This document shows, piece after piece, positions 52,601-61,600 of a stretch of 64,000 nt of DNA. Position 1 is the stretch's first letter. Every line of letters begins with the position of its first letter. Origin of the DNA: a virus (taxonomy: Duplodnaviria; Caudoviricetes); the IMG/VR virus record IMGVR_UViG_3300032328_000934, positions 1 to 64,000 of that record. One strand, 5' to 3'. The position numbers and the translations under genes were made by a program. The notes below the pieces were generated by a model. It worked only from the letters and a program-made list of their open reading frames with translations. It made no database searches and was not told the origin of the DNA.

Positions 52601-55600
52601 GAGATAAAACACACATACGATTATTACGCAGATCCAGAGGGACTAACCCCTAAGGATGCGTTAGGTTCTTTATTTGCTGGTGCTGAGGATTTTCGTAGTT
52701 TAGCCGACACAAGTCTACCTATAATTGACTATGCAAAACTAGCTACAAAAGAGTCGAGGTCTGAGTATGAACAGAGTGCATTAGATACAATTCAAAAACG
52801 AAACCCGGCATTTGCTCAATTTGACGAAGATCAGTTAAAGCGATTAGCCGCCGTAGATGTGACCAAGTCGCCTAAACAAATCGTAAGGCAAATAATTGAG
52901 ATTATTGGTAAACAAGTACAAGAAGCAATTATAAGAGCCAGCACTAGAATACTAACAAGGCAAATGCAAGACAAGGCGTTAACTGACGCAGCCCAAAATG
53001 AAGATGGAATTCCGGGAATTGCTGGATTTACATTAGATCAGATAAAAGCGTTGGCCAACGCTGATACCTCAGAATTACCATACGATCCAGCATTAGATAG
53101 TAGCGACGAAAATACGCGATCTGAAGCCATGCAACGACGCGATGAGCGGGCGTATGAAATAGATGTAATAAATCAAGTTAGAAGAACAGCGGCAGATGCA
53201 GCAAATCAAGCAGAATCACAAATTCAATCCATGCTCAATGATTACGCGACAAACGGAAATCGACCAAGAGATAAAGCGCAGGCGGAGCTTTTTGATGCTC
53301 TTGATTTTTTTGAGTTAGATACTTTTGATAACGACCTTGGTATAAACAGCGCATTTGGCCTAATTGATCGAGTGATTGAAGATCAAACTGGTGGCATGAG
53401 TCAGCTTGACTTTTTCTCAAGTACGATGGGAAATGCTGTACCAAACTCTTCGGTAGCGGTTGACTCGAGTGAAGACACGAGAAAGGCTGTGTTAGAAATC
53501 GGCCGAACTACTGCTCAAGAAGAAGCCGGAAGAACAACTGGTGTCACTGCTGTTCGGCGTAAAAAAGATTACGGTGAAGAGTATGACAGTAATCAACAAT
53601 ATGCTGAAGGTTTAATACAAAAATCGAAAAGTGCCGATGAATCCAAACGCAAAGAAGCTTTGCAAACTATTGCAATGCATCGAGCAGTTGCTAAGCAAAG
53701 GGGTGGCGATCCAGCAATGTGGGCGTCTGAGGGCTTGATCGGGCAGGAAGAGGGGTTTAGTGGAGACCATGTATCAAGAGCCATTCAGTTCTTAAATTAC
53801 ACCGCTCTGCAAAAAAAAGCTGCGGCAGGTGACACAGATGCACGGGAGGAAGCTGCTCGTATTGATGAGCAACGTGCTCTAGTTCGAGAACGCGCTTTGA
53901 ACGTGGACGAGACCGCAAGGTTTCAATATAACCCCATACTTGGCGAAAGAGCCTATATTACAGTAAGCCCGTCGGGTCGAGAACTGTTACAAGGAACTCC
54001 TTACTCAGGTCAAGTTAAAACAGCAAATATGCAGGACGAATTTGGGGAGGATGTATACGAGACTGGAACTGACATGAATCCGTTAATTGATTCGATTGAG
54101 AAGGCTAGTCTCCCTACGTTCCGTGAATCAGGAAATCCGGAATTGTACCGAGAGATGGTTTTGCTACGAAATCCAGACTTGCGAGCAATAGTTGCACAGA
54201 CCAATCGGCAACTTAATCAAATAGGAAACGAGGACATAGATTCCGATTTTTTTCCCAGTGACTTAAATGATACCAGCCCGGGCGGACAGGCTGATCAAAT
54301 AGACGATATGATATTGCAATTATTGAAGCGCAGAGAAGAAATCAAAAAGAAAGATAATAGAGACATGGGGCAGACCGACTCGCCTATTCTCTCCTACTCT
54401 GCGGAAAGGTTGGTTGGTGAGCAATTAGGTGAAATGTCTACCGACGCGTACAATCGATTACATATAAACTCCGCTGCTTCATTACTTAGTGAACAAGAAC
54501 GCGAAAGTTTAACGCAGGAGAGAGAAAATCTTATAAGAGACACTGGCTCAGTAAGGAAGTTTAAGCCAAGTTCAGCAAAAGAGAAAAATCGTTTACATGA
54601 AATAAACAAAAAACTTGCACAAGATTCTGCTACGAGAATGGCAATGGATCCACGCTTTGCGACACCGACCGGTATTGGAACACCTCAGTTACTTGAGGCT
54701 ATTGCACTAACTGCGGAAAACCCTGACAGAAGCGGTGTAGCAAACAAGGCAATTGAAATGTTGGCTGAGCTAACGCCCGAAGAAATAGATTTTTTAAATA
54801 CACTTGACTTAAGTGACAAAAAGAAGCGCGAGGAAGCTATCAAAAACGGTCCTACATCTGTTGTAAACTTACTTAAAAAAATAAATTTTAGAGACCCCGC
54901 TATTAAAAAGCTTTTAGCTAGCAATTATACCTTAAATATTGGAGAAGAGTCGACGCGTCGAGGAGATAGAACTTCACCAAGAAACCCAAGGCAAGCAGCT
55001 AAAAGAAGTCGGCTTCAATTAGCCAGCGATGCACTTGCAGTAAAAGAAACGGATGATTTAGGAGCATTTGTAGAACCCGCAGAACCTAAAAGTAGTTTTA
55101 AAGTAACAACCAATGAAGATTTAATTAAGCAGATTAGGGCGTTAGATCTCGATACCGAGGAAGGTTTAGCGGAAGCCGAAAAGGTGGTAAGAGCTTCAGA
55201 GTCAGAAACGCCACTTCCCGAAGATCCAACTTTAAGAAAAGACATAGTAAAGTATTTAGTAGCTAGGTACGTAAAAAATCTTAGCAGGCCACAATCTGCA
55301 CCGACGCAGTCGAGGGCTGGAGCAGTCGTTAAAAATCTGAAAGGTGTAAACGCGGTTGTTGCAGCGGAGCGTAGAGGTGAAGGTGTTAGTACACTTCGTA
55401 AACAGGGTGTAGGTGATGCACACTACGGTAACCCGTTCACACTGCAAAAACCACAAGCCGGTGAAGTACCAGTAACTTCAGTTAAAGAAGCGGTCGATCG
55501 GTATAAAGCGTGGTTGGCAGGAACCGCCGATCAAGATGTCAAACCGGAACAGCGCGACTGGATTCTTTCACAGATTGACGCGGGTGCTCTTGATGACCAA

Positions 55601-58600
55601 GATCTTCTGTATTACACTCAATTGAACGAGCCGTCACATGCCGATGCATTGGCTGAATTTGTAAATAATCGTAAGAGATCCGTACCAGAGCCTGAGGTTG
55701 CAACTGCGCCCGCAGTCTCTGCGCCTATGCCAGCACCAGCACCCAAAGCAGAAAAACCAAAAAGAACTAGAACAAAACGGGAGAAACCAGTTAAAGAAGT
55801 TACTCCCCCACCTGCTGAAATTGTAAAAGCTCCTGAACCGGAACCAATCGTAGTAGCTCCTGAACCAGAACCGGCCGTAGTAGCTCCTCCGCCTATATCA
55901 ACTGAGACCCCTAAGCCTTCTAGCACTACCAGAGAAAGAATGACTTTGCAAGAAAGAAGGTCACGTTTGGTAGCATTACGGTTAAAGCAAAGACATTTAC
56001 CGGCAAACTCGGAATTGAATAAAAAGTACCTAACACTTCAAAAACGCAAGCCTGTTTGGTATGATGAGGATGATACAAATCTTGAAGCGGTAGAAGAGAA
56101 AATGAGGGAGGACTCGATTGAGCTTGGACCTCGCCACAATAGAAGCGCAAGAATAAAAGCGGCTAATAAATATATAGATTCAATAGGAGCCCAAGTAGAT
56201 GACTCCGCTGATAGCCCGCAATATGACGCTATTAGTAAGGTAAGCATGGCGAGTGACCTCGAGACAGTTGAAAGATTAGAGTCGCGTCTTGGCTTAAGCC
56301 CGTACAAAGAAAGTCCTGTTGTACCTAGTGTAGCAACAACTCCAACACCTACTACACCTCCAGTAGCACCTTCTGAATCTACAGCTTTAGCTAGAGTTCC
56401 TAGTACGGCATTAGCTAGAGTATTGACTGCCGCCCTAGCTACAGTTCCACCCTCTACAGCATTAGCTACAGTCCCAAGCTCTACAGCATTGGCTAGAGTA
56501 GTAACTACAGCGTTGGCTACGGTTCCCGCCTCTACGGCGTTAGCTACAGTTCCAAGTTCCACAGCGTTAGCTAAAGTTATAACTACAGCGTTAGCTACAG
56601 TTCCTAGAATTGCAACTCCTGCACCCACAACCGTCACAGCTCCTACAACGCCGCTTCTTACTGGCCCGACAACTACAGCATTAGCCACAGTGCCTAAAAC
56701 TCCAGCTCCTGCAACACCTGCAACTACAGCTCCACCGGCAACAACTACAGCCTTAGCTGTGGTTCCTAAGACTCCGGCCCCTTCAACTGCGGCAACACCT
56801 GCAACTCCGACTGTACCTCCTGCAACTACAGCATTAGCAGTTGTTCCTAAAACTCCGACTCCTGCAACTCCTGCTCCTAAAGCTCCAATTATAACTCCAC
56901 CTCCTGCAGCTGCTACGGCTTCGACAGTACCACTTCTTACTGGCCCTACAGCACCAGCACCTCTAATTACTTTTAGTGGAGAACCAACTGCTCCATTACC
57001 AACTATTACTGTTCCACCTGTAGCTCCTGCAACTGGACCTGCTGGGACTTCACCAAGAACTCCAAGAGCTCCAAGAGCTCCTAAACCAGCACCAGCACCA
57101 GCACCTCTAATTACCTTTAGTGGAGCTCCGACTGCTCCAATTGTTTTACCGACTGTTCCGCCTGTAACTGTAACTCCAAGAGCTCCTAGAGCTCCAAGAG
57201 CTCCTAAACCACCACCGGCACCAATTGTTCCTTTTAGTGGAGCTCCGACTGCTCCATTACCAACTATCACTGTTCCACCTGTAGCTCCTGCAACTGGACC
57301 TGCTGGGACTTCACCGTCCACGGCTCCGTCTGGTGGTGGTATTACTGCACCGGGTGCAACTATTACAGTTACCGGCGGTACAGTTACCATTACCGGATCA
57401 ACAGTTACTGGTGGAACGGGTGGCACTGGCGGTGCGGGCGGAAGCGGAACGGGTGGCACTGGCGGCACTGGTGGCGGTGGTGGCGGTGGATTCCGCAGAA
57501 GTAACCTAACTGACATGATTTTTGGTCAGATGGACGTACTAAGTGACAGAACTAAAGATGTTATACGCGCGGCTCCTGATGAACCAGCTCGAATAGCGCT
57601 TGTACAGGCAGCACGGGATCGATATGCAAAGTTACAACAAAAAGCATTGCAAACTCAAATAGACTACGGATCGCCGAGCATGATACTTAATCCTACGGTG
57701 CCCGGGCTTGTAGCGGGCTTAGATACTAGCAAAAATCCATTGCAAGACTTAAATACTATGACAGAGGCCGTGCTTCAGGATCAAATAGCTAGTGCTGTAG
57801 AAAGAGATCGAATTGAAAATGATCCAACTTTATCAGCCGCGGACAGAAAACTTGAACTCGCCGCCTTAGACGCATCCGATCGAGAACTTAATGATTTTGC
57901 GGCCGTACTAAAAAAAGTTACAGAAGATCTCAATCGATTTCAGCAAGCGGTCCGAGTACCCAATACGGCATTTGGTAATACTTCTGGTAGGGGTGGTGGT
58001 GGTGGTGGCGGTCCAACAATTCGTACAGCTTCAGGTAAAGTATTGTCAGAGGCCGACGTACTGGCATTATCTGATCTAGAAAGTAAACGAAATTTATACG
58101 CCTCCTTTCAAGGAAACCTGCCAAACTTAGGTTCTCGTTTTGATTCGCAATTAGATTTGACACGGAGAACTCGTAGATTTGCTGATGCAACACTTTCACA
58201 ACTACCCGCCGTTGATTTAACAGGCGTTGACTTTATGGGCGACGTTGCAAAAGAGACTGCAGCAAATGCGGCAGCTGCTGAACTGCAAGATGCAATAGCA
58301 CAGATAAAACCGAACACACTTGAAACTAGGCCTATTGAGGAACTTGCAGTTGATTTGTCGAGAGTTAACGAAGCGGCAATAAAACTTAACGACGTTATAG
58401 AAGGTGCTGGTAATGTAGATGCTGCACAAAGTGGTATACAAAACGTAGTAACAGCAACTGGATTTGCGGAAAGACAGCAAGCAAGATCTGGTGCCGAGAT
58501 TGATAAACAATCGGCATCAAATGCAAGAAACTTGGAAGAGAATATGCAGGCAATTGTCAGTCAGCCCGGATTGATTCGCCGTCTAACCGGTGGTGTACAA

Positions 58601-61600
58601 AGAGAGGGCGCCCAGCATGTGCGTGAATATCTCAGAGGAATCTTCGGCGACTCTGCTGAAGGACGCAAGGCAACTGACACTATGTTTTACAAAGATCAGA
58701 TGGTTGCGTATGATGATCGAGGACGACGCCGTAATATTGTAGGTGCAAGTACACAAGAATTGCAGAACCTGCAGGCGCGAGTGAAAGCCGAAAGTGGCAT
58801 GGACGTATCAATGGATGACCTCCAGCGTACTCAGCGTGCAATGGCTCGTGTTCAACAAGCCCGCAATCAATCACCGTTTAATGACGTACTGTCGTACGGT
58901 ATGTCGAAAATGCGGGATCTTGACTCACTTGGTCAAACTGTGATGGGTGTTATGAATGCACCCCAAACTATTGCATCTACAATCAGTCAAATTGGCGACC
59001 CTCAACTTCGTACCGATCGCATAATGACCACAGCCAGAGCGTTGTCATTAAGTCCAGAAACGTACACCAAAGCGCTTGCCGCCGCTACGCAACAACAATC
59101 AAGATTTGGTGGTACACTGTCAAAAAACTTGGAGGACATGACCTCATTTATTCCTATATCGAATACGTACGGAGTGGATGTCGGCAAGTCAGTTCAAGTA
59201 GCAAGAAAGCTGGCCGCGTTTGACCCAGCACAAGGAATGCAAGGTGCAAGTATTGCGCTTAAAGAATTTTTATCGGGTAACGTGTCTTCATTGAGCCGTC
59301 GTTTCGAAATTAATCGTAGCGATTTGTCAAAGATCAACACCGGCGATGCGAACGAAATGTTGGATTCACTCGACACCCTTCTAGGTAAAATGGGTGTTAC
59401 CGATAAACTTATTGACGATCAAGCGAACTCGTTAGCAACTAAGTACGACCGCATGACAGGTCGTCTTGAAACAATGCAAGTGGGCTTTAGTGCATTCGCT
59501 GTTAATGCCATGACGCCAATACTTGAGCCAATACTTGGAGACAAGTCTTTCCTTGCAAAAGGTGCATTAGATCAAAATTTGCAAAAAGTTGTTACGGAGC
59601 GGTTAAAGTCCTATGGGGACTCAGTGCTAAGCGATCCCAAGACTGGATTAAAAACAGTAGATGTTTTTTCTTCGGATTTTGTTAAAAAACTGGATCCACT
59701 GTTAGGTGCAGCAAACGACTCAACTTCTACCGCTGCGTTAGATTTTACAGGTATGACTGGGAACGTGTCCAACGTTGAGTTGTACAGACGAATGGGTAAT
59801 ATGAGCGATAGCGATCGACGCCGTATTCAACAGAGTGCTCAAATGAGTGTACTGATGGGTATGAATCAAGAACCCGCAATACTTAAAGCTATGCGCGATG
59901 TGGGCGGGGACTTTTTTAGCGGCGAGGAATTTCAAGCACAAAGAAGACCGTTAGGATTCTACGGTCAAGCTATGGATGCACCGTTAAAAAGACAAATGCT
60001 GGATCAAGCAGAAAAGGGAATGAAATTGGGTCAGGAGGGTCAGCAGGTTGAAATTCTCCATCAAGTCGATGCGGACACATATGACGTTAGAATGCCCGAC
60101 GGTAAAAGAGAACGAGTTCGTCTTGCAGGGGTAGATGCTCCTGAAAAAAATACTAAGGAAGGTCAGCAAGCCAGTGCCTATGCTCGTTATCTGATTGGTA
60201 CTGACCCTAATAACCCAAAAAATAAGAAAAAAACCGCTACTTTGTACTCAAAAGGTGACCGCGATGCTTACGGTAGACTTATGGGTAGTGTAGCAGTCGG
60301 TGGTCGTGATCTCGGTACTGCGTTGGTTGCTAGCGGTAGCGCGGCAGTCTATAACTTTGAAGGTAAATACGGTGAAGATCTTATTGCACCGTTGTCAGCA
60401 CTAGAAAGAAATGCCGCAAACACAGGAATGGGCCCAATAAATGAGCAAGCCGCTCGATTAGGTTTGGGCGCTAACTCGGAAATTTCACAAACAGTCAGAG
60501 ATAAGTATTTTCGAGATAAATACATGAGTGTAGGAGGTCTCTACGGGGCTGTGGGTGGTGCTATTGGCGGCACTATTCTCGGCGGTGTAAATGCCTTCAC
60601 CGCACTTGGTGCAGCAGGTGGCGTAGCCGGAGCTGCAGGCGTAGCTAGTATACCGGTACTCCCGATTGCAGCGGGTATAGCTGCCCTCACCGCCGCAGGC
60701 ACTATCGGTTACTCCGCGTATACAGATAGTAAAGATACTAGTGCCCCAAAAATGCGTGAACTGTACCGATTGCAAAGTGAGGAGGATTTACAAAAACAAT
60801 CGGAAAACGTCGGTAATCAACTGTACAGACAAGCGGCGAGAGACAATCAAGCAAGAGCTTCTTTTGAACAAAATGCAAAAAATCCTTTTCAGCAATTGTA
60901 TGCCAAATCGTTTAATTATTTTAGTCCGACTGAGTCACAGAAAGCACGCGAGGCATTTGTAAGTCAGTACACTGAATCAGGCAAAGAGTTATCTAAGTAT
61001 TATAATGGCTTAGCATCAGACCAAAAGAAAGTGTACGAACTGGTTGTTAATGATCCCGCAACAAAACAACGCACAAGTGTATTTAAAGCAATTCAAATGT
61101 ATCAATCGCTAATTTATCGCGATGCAGAAAAAACTGATATAGTTGCTCATACATTACTTGAGCAGAACGAAAGTAATTATAATGACTTTGCAAGTCGAGT
61201 GTACGACACCATGCAGGCATCAAAATTAATCGAAACTGCCCAAGAATACGGAATTCGAACTACGTATGAAACACCGTATAAAGGAACTGGACCAATGGAG
61301 GCTCAACGTACCATGGGTACGGTAAGCAGTGTGATGGATCTGCAGCAGTTCTATGATCTAAGCAAAGAGCAGCGCGACTCTGTAGCAAAGCAGCTAGATG
61401 AGGCAATCAACACTCCAAGTTGGAAACGGTTTGCAACGGAATATACAGATCAAGCGATGGAAAAGCAATTTGCAATGTCACAGCAGAGATTTACAACGTT
61501 TGTCGACAATACTGCATTGAACTCGTTGGCAGGTATGAATCCGGGTCAACTAAGTTCCTCCGTCTTTGGTTTTCGATCAACCGGTACTGGGAGAGCACTT

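Noticed and set aside
56038-57516. 492-aa minus-strand ORF
   Set aside because: Antisense shadow of the low-complexity Pro/Thr/Ala region of the giant gene; such codons lack stops on the reverse strand.
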